A stretch of 64,000 bases of DNA from a virus (Duplodnaviria; Caudoviricetes): IMG/VR virus record IMGVR_UViG_3300007513_000003. One strand, 5' to 3'. Positions within the stretch are counted from its first letter, which is position 1. Each line of letters begins with the position of its first letter. Shown piece after piece: positions 8,436-17,593 of the stretch. The notes under the pieces are model-generated. The model searched no databases, was not told the DNA's origin, and saw only the letters and a list, made by a program, of their open reading frames with translations. A program made the translations under genes and the position numbers.

Positions 8436-10061
8436 ATGCGTTTTAATGAATTTAAATTATTTGAAGCAAATTTATCGTTTGGTGATTTCCATCAAGCTGC
8501 TGAAGAACGATGGGATGTTTTTTTAAATCGCGTCAAAGGAAAGATTCCATGGGACGGCACAATTGCACCTACTTTGGGTGGGCAAGAATATGATTATCCC
8601 AAAGCAAGATCCGGAACGTATCCTTATAATATATACATTGGATACGCAAATGCCACCAGCCAAAGTAAACTTTTAAAGTCAATTCAATCAGGATCCTTCT
8701 ATGGCTATCTAGACGGTAAATCTTGGGTAGTACCGGTTTATGATCCTAAAACTAATACACAATTAGACAATTATAGAATTTCAAATCTCTTTAAAGATCA
8801 TCAATTTGCCGAACCACATCGTATTAAAAGTAAAGATCAAATCGCAAATTTTGGTAATTTAACAGAATCCTTGGCAGGTGCAGGTTTAACAGCAAAATTT
8901 ACTAAACGTGTACAAGGCGGAGTCCAGCCTATCGAAGTTAAAGACATTCTTAAAATAATTTCAAAATTAACAGTAGATAATAGTAGTAGTCAAGAAGTAA
9001 AAATTAATTCAAAAGAATTACACAAAGAAGACGTGGTGTATGCTTCTGCAGAATATAAAAGTAATTTACAAGATAAAATTGTTTGGAGAATTAAAACTCA
9101 AGAACAGGCTTTTAGGGAACTAGTAGCGATTGGAGAAGGGAAGCATTTAGATAATCCAAAACTATTAGGCTTGCTTGGGGCAGTTGCAAATTATGCTAAT
9201 TCTCGATTAATGACGCAATACTCTAGATTTTTTGCAACGAATCTCAAAGTTGATGAGATTATAGTAGATACCGACGGTATAGGTGGTGCCGCTTCCTTGC
9301 AGTCTGGAGGAGGTACTAAAGCAGACCTATTTATAGTTGCTAACGGAAAAAAACTTAGATATGCAAATCTTTCATTAAAAGCCACTAATCCAGATATTGG
9401 ACAACAAGCACTTGTTGGTAAACCACAAGGAAACCTAACAGCAGAAAAACTAAAAGATCATTTGTGGAACAATTTGATAACTTTATGGAAAGGGTTTGAC
9501 GATGGTACAAACTATATCAATGTTGAAAATATACTTTCAAAAGAAGAGTATTTAAATTCCATTGGTATCACTAGTGATATGGATTCTAATCAAATCGAAA
9601 AGGCAATAAACAGCCAATTACAAGCTAGCCAGAAAAAGGTTCGGCCCGGTATACAAAAAATGTTCAGCGCAGTTGCGAACAATATTAAACAAATTTGGCT
9701 TAAAAACGATGATTCACAATCAGAATACGATTTTATACAAGCACTGGTAAACTTTGTTGAATATCATGCAGCCAGAGAAGATAATGTAGAGTTAGTTGAT
9801 TTTAAGGCAACCGGCGATTATAGTGTCCATTCTTTTAAAAACTTATATAAACTACTTAAAGATATAGATTTTGATGTCGGGGAATATAAGACAAACGCGG
9901 GTAACGTAGGATTTAAAGTTTATGATATCAATAATCCAAAAGATGTATTGGTGTCTTTATATTTTCAGCCGAGAGCAGGGCAATCCACATATAAACTGGC
10001 TGTAAAAAAGGGACCTCTACTGAAGAAAGTTACTAATGTGAGTCACAAACGTAATAAGTAA
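8436..10061 (+). CDS. putative capsid-packaged protein with PD-(D/E)xK-like nuclease motif
   Basis: N-terminus MRFNEFKLFE-A resembles the T4 internal-protein targeting sequence; GTKADLFIV...NLSLKA resembles a D...(D/E/S)xK nuclease core. Confidence 0.45.
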   Translation: MRFNEFKLFEANLSFGDFHQAAEERWDVFLNRVKGKIPWDGTIAPTLGGQEYDYPKARSGTYPYNIYIGYANATSQSKLLKSIQSGSFYGYLDGKSWVVPVYDPKTNTQLDNYRISNLFKDHQFAEPHRIKSKDQIANFGNLTESLAGAGLTAKFTKRVQGGVQPIEVKDILKIISKLTVDNSSSQEVKINSKELHKEDVVYASAEYKSNLQDKIVWRIKTQEQAFRELVAIGEGKHLDNPKLLGLLGAVANYANSRLMTQYSRFFATNLKVDEIIVDTDGIGGAASLQSGGGTKADLFIVANGKKLRYANLSLKATNPDIGQQALVGKPQGNLTAEKLKDHLWNNLITLWKGFDDGTNYINVENILSKEEYLNSIGITSDMDSNQIEKAINSQLQASQKKVRPGIQKMFSAVANNIKQIWLKNDDSQSEYDFIQALVNFVEYHAAREDNVELVDFKATGDYSVHSFKNLYKLLKDIDFDVGEYKTNAGNVGFKVYDINNPKDVLVSLYFQPRAGQSTYKLAVKKGPLLKKVTNVSHKRNK

Positions 10062-10069
10062 GGTATATA

Positions 10070-10639
10070 TTACTTTAATAAATTCATATGCACAACCACT
10101 AAATGTGCATAACCTACTGAGTGACTCTTTTTAAAATAATACGAATTAGGATCAGTTGGTACTTTCCAAACTTCTTGCCCTATTTCCTTCCACGTTCTAT
10201 TTGCTAGATAGCGTTTAGCAGGGCGTATTACTGCTAAAAACATTGCCATTCTAGGAATACTGTCAGGCATCATCTTCTTTATTAAATCATAATGATTGCT
10301 GATATGTATAATCTGTTCAGTATATTCTCTTTCAGCAAGTCTTTCCCACGGTGGCTCTGTAAACATTAAATCTATTAAATGTTCTTCGCTTTGTACTTGG
10401 TTGTATATATTAACATTAAGTAAATCTAATTTAAAGTATCCTCGCTCTTCTGCGTCCTTATGATCGAGTGAGCAAATACCTTTTACTGGGTCTGTTGGAA
10501 CATCAGTAAAATAAACTCCAGTATTATGTTTTATTAGTTCATTATTGCGTATAATAGTCGCAGGAGTATGGTTTTGTAACTTTTCAAGTACTTCGTTTCT
10601 ATTCGCGAAGTCTATATCAATGTCAAATTTAAGGCTCAT
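10070..10639 (-). CDS. dnaE: miniature DNA polymerase III alpha (family C) core fragment
   Basis: Collinear DnaE motifs: FDIDIDF, HNTGVYF, GYFKLDLLNV, AVIRPA, YYFKKSHSVGY. ATG at 10639 (MSLKF) is the likely start. Confidence 0.8.
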   Translation of the reverse strand: MSLKFDIDIDFANRNEVLEKLQNHTPATIIRNNELIKHNTGVYFTDVPTDPVKGICSLDHKDAEERGYFKLDLLNVNIYNQVQSEEHLIDLMFTEPPWERLAEREYTEQIIHISNHYDLIKKMMPDSIPRMAMFLAVIRPAKRYLANRTWKEIGQEVWKVPTDPNSYYFKKSHSVGYAHLVVVHMNLLK

Positions 10640-10830
10640 ATTGGTTTCTTGCTCTTGGTACAATTGGTAATGCTAACTAAATTCATAATTGGACGAACAA
10701 TGTATTCATCATTACGTGATACATTTACGCCACCAGGACCACATTTATATCCTAATTTTTCACTTAACCATAACTTATTAAACCATTTATGGTGGTGTGG
10801 GTATTTTTTATAGGCTTCCGAATCATCCAA
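10636..10830 (-). pseudogene. probably truncated conserved phage protein
   Basis: FNKLWLSEKLGYKCGPGG...YIVRPIMNL matches the N-terminus of a phage family I recall as ~200 aa, but this ORF ends 13 residues later. Confidence 0.35.
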
Positions 10831-11008
10831 ATTTACTTTCCATCCATGCTATTTTATCTTTGAGGTGTAACTTTTCTTTCTTGAGTTCAGTTAACTTTGA
10901 GTGAGTTTCGCCTATGTCATTATTCTCTAGTTTCCAAATTATGTTATCTAATTCTTTATGCCGTTTCTTTAACAATTTTAAATCAAAATCTACTATATTA
11001 TCTGTCAT
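10823..11008 (-). CDS. DUF465/YdcH-like small coiled-coil protein
   Basis: LKKRHKELDNII...LKKEKLHLKDKI pattern. Confidence 0.65.
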   Translation of the reverse strand: MTDNIVDFDLKLLKKRHKELDNIIWKLENNDIGETHSKLTELKKEKLHLKDKIAWMESKFG

Positions 11009-11017
11009 CGTTTTCTC

Positions 11018-11719
11018 CTACATGGTTGCTTCACTTAAAATGTGCTTTGCCCATTCTACGTCCGCCGGAAACGCTTCGAAGCGTTTACTCCAGTATACCG
11101 GATCTATGAAGTCATTTATTAATCCTAACTGCTCGTCTGTCATTTTATCGAGCATATCCATTCCTGTATCGCTATGGTATATAACCCATGGACTTATTTT
11201 CCCATTTCTTATTAGTGCTACTGCTTTATTAAAACTTACAAATTTAAAAAAATGATTGAACGAAGAATTGTTATTATTTGCCCAATCCTCCATACTTAAT
11301 ATGCTACGCTCTAATGCATCTCTAGCATTTTCTGTTTTAATATATGGAAGTAAATATTCTTCATACACAGAATCCTTACACCAATTATCTAACTTAATGT
11401 TACTTTTAATAACATAATCAATAAAGTAATCCGGATTGATTACGTTGATGTTTATAATATGTTTGCCAAACTTTACAAACGCATTATAATATTGGCTACT
11501 AGCAAAGTGCTGGTAGTCTTTAAAGTTAGCAGAACCTTGTGTTAGTTCATAAAAACGTTTATAAGCAATGTATCCTATCTGTACATGCTTTTCGTCTTTC
11601 TGTCCGTGTCTACGTTTTTGTTCACATACATGAGCCGCTAGTGTTTTTTCTCTAGCAAAACTCCTGTTACAAAATTTACATTCATAGCCACTGTTTGATT
11701 GACTTATCGTCGTATCCAT
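11018..11719 (-). CDS. hypothetical protein with N-terminal C2H2/C2HC-type zinc finger
   Basis: YECKFCNRSFAREKTLAAHVCEQKRRH. Confidence 0.7.
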   Translation of the reverse strand: MDTTISQSNSGYECKFCNRSFAREKTLAAHVCEQKRRHGQKDEKHVQIGYIAYKRFYELTQGSANFKDYQHFASSQYYNAFVKFGKHIININVINPDYFIDYVIKSNIKLDNWCKDSVYEEYLLPYIKTENARDALERSILSMEDWANNNNSSFNHFFKFVSFNKAVALIRNGKISPWVIYHSDTGMDMLDKMTDEQLGLINDFIDPVYWSKRFEAFPADVEWAKHILSEATM

Positions 11720-12149
11720 GTTCTATTGCTAATTGTTTGAGTTCCTTTTTATCGCATACTTCTGCATATGCTTCTATGTCACTAAGTTTCCACGACGTAT
11801 ATATTTCTTTGAGAAACCTAGTTTTCTTATTATCTTTTGTTTCTTTTTTCATTGGCAAATACTTGCGTTTAAATGTGCCAATGCTTGGATTGATAGCACA
11901 CAGTATTTTGTAAGTTAAGTCGGGATGCTTACTTACCTCCCAAAAGTTAATGTTTAGTTCATTATTGGTTGCGCGAATCATATACTCCTGTAGATCATTG
12001 GAGCCTGTTGCACTTGCGGAATATTTAAGTTGTAAATATGGGCTAAACGCTTTCTTTTTTTCTGCGCTTAAATTCTTGTACCAGTTGTAATCCTTTTTAT
12101 CTATTGCGTTAAATATTTCGCTTAATGGTAATACTGCTGGCTTAGGCAT
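11682..12149 (-). CDS. gp62: probable clamp-loader small subunit (gp62-like)
   Basis: Size, FSPYLQLKY...N.NFW and KRKYLP basic patch, and location in the replication module. Confidence 0.45.
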   Translation of the reverse strand: MPKPAVLPLSEIFNAIDKKDYNWYKNLSAEKKKAFSPYLQLKYSASATGSNDLQEYMIRATNNELNINFWEVSKHPDLTYKILCAINPSIGTFKRKYLPMKKETKDNKKTRFLKEIYTSWKLSDIEAYAEVCDKKELKQLAIEHGYDDKSIKQWL

Positions 12150-12681
12150 TCTCGAGTCCTTTTATATACTCTTTTATTGTAACATTTTCTAAGTATTTGT
12201 CAAGTTCAAATGGGCAATTATTAGCAATTCTAACAATTCTGCCTTTTCCTCTGTATCTGTTACATACTGCTTTAATGTTATATTGTTCGATAATAAAACC
12301 GCCTGATTCTTTATTACCGCTATAATAGTTTTCTGTGTCGTTATATATATTATTTACCTTTCCACTTGTACTTTCTAAATCAAAACCAATCATATGTATT
12401 TCGTTATGTGTTCGCATTGCTATTATTAATGCAATTAATCCTGAATTCATCATTGGTTCATATTCAGGAATATCTTCTAAATAATGCACATTTGCTACAT
12501 TAACGCCACTTTGTTCAAACTCCTCACGCATTGGTGAATCAAGTATTATTAAGTGATCTGGAATAAACTCTCTATATAAAGCATTGCATCCATAAATTTC
12601 CCACTCGTTTCTTTTAAACAAGTTTAAATCTATTTGCCTACGGCTTTCGCCATTGCCTACTACTAATGCTTTCACCACCAT
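12142..12681 (-). CDS. DUF115/MptE-like nucleotide-sugar or pyrophosphokinase-fold protein
   Basis: VVGNGESR...YGCNALY...PDHL and SG..A...IHMIGFD motifs; ATG at 12681 likely. Confidence 0.55.
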   Translation of the reverse strand: MVVKALVVGNGESRRQIDLNLFKRNEWEIYGCNALYREFIPDHLIILDSPMREEFEQSGVNVANVHYLEDIPEYEPMMNSGLIALIIAMRTHNEIHMIGFDLESTSGKVNNIYNDTENYYSGNKESGGFIIEQYNIKAVCNRYRGKGRIVRIANNCPFELDKYLENVTIKEYIKGLENA

Positions 12682-12953
12682 CCTGCCGCTACAACTATTC
12701 CTATTACATTTACAACGGCAAAATAACCTGTTAGTAATACCGGCCAAGCAAGTTTACGTCTGTAATATGCATAAATTCCTGTTATTGATCCTATTAAAAA
12801 GGCCGGATATACTATTAACATATTAGGATCGTCTGCTGTTAATGCCAAATTTAAACTCGCGGCTACAGTAAAAATAAAACTTACTAATTCAAAATAAAAT
12901 GCTACCTTGTCACTGTAGTAAGACTCTTCCCAAAATTTTAAAATTTTACCCAT
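12672..12953 (-). CDS. small multi-pass membrane protein (PnuC-like)
   Basis: Three hydrophobic segments in 93 aa; start MGKILKFW at 12953. Confidence 0.55.
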   Translation of the reverse strand: MGKILKFWEESYYSDKVAFYFELVSFIFTVAASLNLALTADDPNMLIVYPAFLIGSITGIYAYYRRKLAWPVLLTGYFAVVNVIGIVVAAGWW

Positions 12954-14106
12954 TGCCAAATGTGCCAGAAAAGCCAAAGAAAATTCTATTTCTATTAAAG
13001 TCATCTGTAACTATATGAGAAAAATCCATCTCAAAGTTTAATGAGTTATCATCTTTCTCAAACAAATTGAATGTTTTTTTAGTTCCATACATTTGATAGT
13101 TGTCCGTCAAGTCAAACTTTAATTCAAAATCATAACTAGTGTGTAGGTAATAGGCGCCTATAGCAATGGCGGCTATACCTATGACTGCTAGAGCAGTATC
13201 AGAATCACTATTTTTCTTCTTAGGTGCATCTTCATGGCCACAGTATGTTATGTTTCTACCATTGCCTGTACCTACGGCACCCATAGAGCACATTAGATCA
13301 CCTAATGCTTTTGCTTGTGCCGACTCACTGAATAACGAATACTCAGAAACTACTACTGGTTTGCCCAGTTTCAATGCCTCAGTCAACATTCTTTTTGCTG
13401 TCTCTACATCTGATATGTAATCACCTGTAGTATGTCTACCTATTTGTAGATAGATGTAATCTGCATTGGTGTAGTATCGTGTATCGTGTTTGTATCCACC
13501 AACACCATCTGACAAATGTACCGCAACAGGTTTGTCTGTCTTTGACTTTATGAAAGCAACATAATCATTCACTTGTTCGGGTGACCAATACTCATCACAT
13601 TCTAGACAAGCAACATAGGCAGATGCTTGGTCATCATAGAGTCGGATGATTTTCTCCATGAATACCTTGTGGTGGGCGGCATTACCTTTCCAATCCCTGT
13701 GTGCAGATTCGGGTGTCATCCACAATACAGGTTTGAGTCCTGCTTGATTTAGTTCTATAAGTCTTTGCCTAAAGTTATCATTGGGGTCTACTATACCACC
13801 TGGCAAATGACCTCTAGAGGCACGGACATACATATCAATATGTGTATCACCGGTGTTGACTAGTCGTTGTCTAAAGTTTGCTCGTTCTGCATCTGTCCAA
13901 GTGTTAGACAAATACATTAAGGTTGTGTTAAACTTCTTTGACTGATCGCCAGTGTGTGGGCCTATCTTGCCTAATAGAAACGATGATCTTACGCCGTGAA
14001 GTGAATATGTTTTATCGTATGCTTGGCTTACACTTATACCTACTATGCTTAAACAAGAAAGATATATTACTAGTAGCGTGGGCCAAATAATTCGTCGAAT
14101 ATTCAT
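12946..14106 (-). CDS. exported TIM-barrel glycoside-hydrolase-like protein with C-terminal membrane anchor
   Basis: Signal-peptide-like N-terminus; CLECDEY and VVVSEY candidate catalytic Glu; hydrophobic helix followed by amphipathic beta strands at the C-terminus. Confidence 0.4.
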   Translation of the reverse strand: MNIRRIIWPTLLVIYLSCLSIVGISVSQAYDKTYSLHGVRSSFLLGKIGPHTGDQSKKFNTTLMYLSNTWTDAERANFRQRLVNTGDTHIDMYVRASRGHLPGGIVDPNDNFRQRLIELNQAGLKPVLWMTPESAHRDWKGNAAHHKVFMEKIIRLYDDQASAYVACLECDEYWSPEQVNDYVAFIKSKTDKPVAVHLSDGVGGYKHDTRYYTNADYIYLQIGRHTTGDYISDVETAKRMLTEALKLGKPVVVSEYSLFSESAQAKALGDLMCSMGAVGTGNGRNITYCGHEDAPKKKNSDSDTALAVIGIAAIAIGAYYLHTSYDFELKFDLTDNYQMYGTKKTFNLFEKDDNSLNFEMDFSHIVTDDFNRNRIFFGFSGTFGNG

Positions 14107-14145
14107 ATGAATATTTAGTTGTTTTCATATGAATATTTAGTTGTT
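14102..14145. repeat. perfect 22-bp tandem duplication covering late promoter and start codon
   Basis: TTCATATGAATATTTAGTTGTT at 14102-14123 and 14124-14145. Confidence 0.9.
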
Positions 14146-14153
14146 TAGTTTTT

Positions 14154-14654
14154 TTACATAACTTGAGTGACATCAATAACTTCCGATTGTTTATTAATTT
14201 CACTAATAAAATAAGCACATTGTGGCTTAGGACCATCATGTAAAGGAACTGCCAGTAATTGTCCTGTTTTAAGTTTAGGAAAGTACCATTTAACTTCTGT
14301 ATAGATATCTACAATGTCAATTTCCGCATAATTGTGCATATAGCCACTTAGTGGATTGTATAAAAAGGCTTCAAACCCTCTATCATTTACACTAGTAAGA
14401 GGCAACACTTCTAAATCACCTACTTCAGGACTACCTACCACGATATGCCAATCTACAGGCATTGGAATTTTATACTTACCAAGTTGTAGTACTACTGCCG
14501 GTGCGTTAAAAGATTCCAAAAAGATAAGTGGTATAAAAAAGTAATCCGGATCGGCAGGATTACTATTATCTAATATACAAAATCTTACATCATCTACCTT
14601 TTCAGGCATAGCGTTCATTGGGTATGAAACGTCATCTAACGTTAATATTCTCAT
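14154..14654 (-). CDS. conserved-type hypothetical beta-rich protein
   Basis: 166-aa ORF with globular composition in the operon downstream of uvsW. Confidence 0.7.
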   Translation of the reverse strand: MRILTLDDVSYPMNAMPEKVDDVRFCILDNSNPADPDYFFIPLIFLESFNAPAVVLQLGKYKIPMPVDWHIVVGSPEVGDLEVLPLTSVNDRGFEAFLYNPLSGYMHNYAEIDIVDIYTEVKWYFPKLKTGQLLAVPLHDGPKPQCAYFISEINKQSEVIDVTQVM

Positions 14655-14672
14655 TGAGTTTTCTCTTATAAT

Positions 14673-15095
14673 TTAAAATGGTGGATCATCATCAGTAGGA
14701 TCACTAATTTGATCATCTGCTGGTTTGGGTTTGTAATCTGGATTTTTAACTATTTGTTTTGTTCGTGGGTTAATTATATAATATTGGTGTGTTCTGTCTT
14801 TTGATCTAGCCGGAATTGGGTTACCTTTAATTGTAGGGCGTGTAGGATTACCAGCATCATCATAATCCGGAGTAGATGGAGAGCCCGGACCTGTATTCAT
14901 ATATTTTGTATGAACGAGTTTTTCCAGTGAAGCCATCTGCTTTACTAATAATATAATTTCGGATTGTAAATCTTTATTTTCAAGTTTAACCTTATCAATT
15001 TTGTCTATTAGACTTTTGTGTTCTAATTTAATATCGTCTAATTCTTTGATTAAGTCGTGGTACTTTTTATAAAGATCGCTAACTTGTGAACTCAT
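14673..15095 (-). CDS. coiled-coil hypothetical protein with Pro-rich tail
   Basis: Heptad-rich N-terminal half; TAAATA at 15103-15108 upstream. Confidence 0.6.
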   Translation of the reverse strand: MSSQVSDLYKKYHDLIKELDDIKLEHKSLIDKIDKVKLENKDLQSEIILLVKQMASLEKLVHTKYMNTGPGSPSTPDYDDAGNPTRPTIKGNPIPARSKDRTHQYYIINPRTKQIVKNPDYKPKPADDQISDPTDDDPPF

Positions 15096-15108
15096 TGCTT
15101 ATTATTTA

Positions 15109-16560
15109 TTATCCTTGCCAATTCACTTTTTCTACAGTAAATGGATATTCTGCTTCCCTGTAATAACTTTTTCTTTTAGTTAAATGTCGTTTAGCATACT
15201 TGCAAGTGCTAGTTATATCCCAAATTTGTACAAAGTCTTTATCTTCTGCTTTTCTAATACCACGGCCAATACTTTGTATTACTCTAACAAAACTTTTGCC
15301 TGGTTCAATTAATACCAAATTAAATATACGTGGTATGTTAATGCCAACTGCCGCAACGCCATATGTTGCAATAATTATTTTTGCGTCTGCTGTTCTAACA
15401 TCATCATAATGTTCTTTTCTTTCATCTGCCTTAGTAGCACCGCTCACAAATACACTTCCATCTAACCTTTGTTCAAGCAGTTTGCCGGCGCTTATTCTAT
15501 CAACTAATATCAAAGTGTTTCCACTATCTTTAACATCATCAATAAAATTGCCTATGTAATCTATTCTATCTTCGTTGCTTAAAAGATACTTCAATTCACT
15601 CTGATAATTATTATATTCGCCATAATCATTAAGTTGTACTATATTAACGTGGCAATTTGCTAAGACGCCCTTGTCTTGCAGGTCAGCGGCGGCTATTCTA
15701 TTAACTACATCACCAATACTAACTTTTAGTGACATCCATTCATACTTTTCTTTTGGTATTGTGCCTGTTAAACCCCAACGTATAGGCACATTAGCAAACT
15801 GTTGCGTTAGCAATTGCTTCAGCACATCTGCCTTACTCATATGGACTTCGTCTACCATAATACACGCCACGCCCTCTATGAAGTCTTCTATAGTAACATC
15901 TACTTCTGCATTACGTGTTTTCTTTGTAAGTATGTTTAAACTTTGCCAAGTGCAAATGGTATGCGTTCTGCCGTATTCTTTTCTGTCACCATAAAAGACA
16001 CCCACATCAAGTCCTAAGTTTATGTAGTCCTCTTCGGTTTGAGTCACAAGACTTTTGTTTGGCACAATAACTATAGTGCGCCCATATTTCTCGCATATAT
16101 TACTAAGTGCGGCAGTAATAAGTGTTTTGCCTGCGCCAGTCGCGACCTCTTGTATGGACTGTGGATTTTCTAAAAAGCGATTAATTACTTCAACTTGATA
16201 ATCTCGTAATACAATAGACTGTCCTTCATGCGTATGTCCGCTAGGCCATTTGACGTGATTATAACTGTTTACATTTACTTTATCAAAAGTTAGTTCAACA
16301 GGATTCCTATAATCAATTAATTCTATTTTGTAATTGTCGAGTAATGGTAATATATCGCCCAACAAGTTTGTATATGTACTACCACCAAGATTAAAGAAAG
16401 ACGCTTTACCATCCCAGCGTCCTAAACGAACTGCTGGCATAAATCTTGCGTGGGGGATATCAAATTTAAATTTATCGACTAACTTTCGTCTGTCTGTTAA
16501 ATCTAATCCTTCAAATTTACAATTTACTTCGTCTTTTAAATATAACTTACACTTTGGCAT
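15109..16560 (-). CDS. uvsW: UvsW-like SF2 DNA helicase
   Basis: LRDYQ, ATGAGKT, DEVH, GLTGT and QSIGRGIR motifs. Confidence 0.92.
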   Translation of the reverse strand: MPKCKLYLKDEVNCKFEGLDLTDRRKLVDKFKFDIPHARFMPAVRLGRWDGKASFFNLGGSTYTNLLGDILPLLDNYKIELIDYRNPVELTFDKVNVNSYNHVKWPSGHTHEGQSIVLRDYQVEVINRFLENPQSIQEVATGAGKTLITAALSNICEKYGRTIVIVPNKSLVTQTEEDYINLGLDVGVFYGDRKEYGRTHTICTWQSLNILTKKTRNAEVDVTIEDFIEGVACIMVDEVHMSKADVLKQLLTQQFANVPIRWGLTGTIPKEKYEWMSLKVSIGDVVNRIAAADLQDKGVLANCHVNIVQLNDYGEYNNYQSELKYLLSNEDRIDYIGNFIDDVKDSGNTLILVDRISAGKLLEQRLDGSVFVSGATKADERKEHYDDVRTADAKIIIATYGVAAVGINIPRIFNLVLIEPGKSFVRVIQSIGRGIRKAEDKDFVQIWDITSTCKYAKRHLTKRKSYYREAEYPFTVEKVNWQG

Positions 16561-17581
16561 AATATGCTGGGCCAGGACCTAACTGTTTTAATATCTTTTT
16601 ATCCTCATCGCTCAGCGGCGAGTTTACAGTATTATAATAACATACCTTAGGTATTTGGTCAAGATAAATGTTGAATGTTTTTTCATTAACCATTCTTGTA
16701 ACAAATATTAACTGCGGGTTTACTTCGCTTTCTATTAATTCTTGAACGTTATGAGCGTAATAAACTAAGCAGTCTTTTTTACACACTCTTTCTGCTTTGC
16801 CTATAGCATCATCCTTAATAAACTGCTTTATTACTTTAACCACCATCGGTTCAAACTGTGTATCTATCATTACTTGTTGTTTAGTTACGGCCCTCACTTC
16901 ACTGTTTTGTTTAGCAATGCCTGCGTCTACCTTTGGACCAAATAATAAACGCTCTGGTGAATAAAATACTATTGGAAGTCTATTGTATTTCAAAGCATAC
17001 AAAATCATATGCTTTAGTTTCTTTTCCTTGTCTTTTACTGAGCCTGTTAACGACACACGAGTATTGGATGCCATAATATGCTCTACAGAATCGTTAAGCA
17101 ATAGTTTTATTTTATTACTTAAACCATAACCAAGTTCTGCAGACTTGTCTATTAAATCCCAAAGATCAATTATTTCTTTTTTTTCTAAATAATCTAACAA
17201 TGCCTGTGATGCGTTTTTAATATACGGTTTAAAACTATTATCAACACAAAGTTCAACTCTGTATTCATCTTCAGACTGCTTTATTTCGTTTATAGTATCT
17301 AAATATTCTTGTATTTCGTTGCTGTATTCTACTTCGGTAATCTCAAGGCTTTGTAAAAAGTCTTGTATAAAAGTAAAATTAATCTCTGCTAAACTAAAAG
17401 CCCAAGCTTTACGCTCTACATCCCAAGTCAAGTCTGTATTGCTTTGCTTACCGTGTGCGAATAGTCTGCGTGGTATATCTGAAGTGCTAAATCTTTCAGT
17501 AATGTCTAATCCCGTCATTGAAAACGGAAGTTTTAGATAAATCTTTTTGTCGTCTATATAAACTTTGACAGGTTTATTCAT
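16547..17581 (-). CDS. hypothetical protein
   Basis: 344-aa ORF overlapping the uvsW start. Confidence 0.65.
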   Translation of the reverse strand: MNKPVKVYIDDKKIYLKLPFSMTGLDITERFSTSDIPRRLFAHGKQSNTDLTWDVERKAWAFSLAEINFTFIQDFLQSLEITEVEYSNEIQEYLDTINEIKQSEDEYRVELCVDNSFKPYIKNASQALLDYLEKKEIIDLWDLIDKSAELGYGLSNKIKLLLNDSVEHIMASNTRVSLTGSVKDKEKKLKHMILYALKYNRLPIVFYSPERLLFGPKVDAGIAKQNSEVRAVTKQQVMIDTQFEPMVVKVIKQFIKDDAIGKAERVCKKDCLVYYAHNVQELIESEVNPQLIFVTRMVNEKTFNIYLDQIPKVCYYNTVNSPLSDEDKKILKQLGPGPAYYAKV

Positions 17582-17593
17582 AATAAAAAGAAA

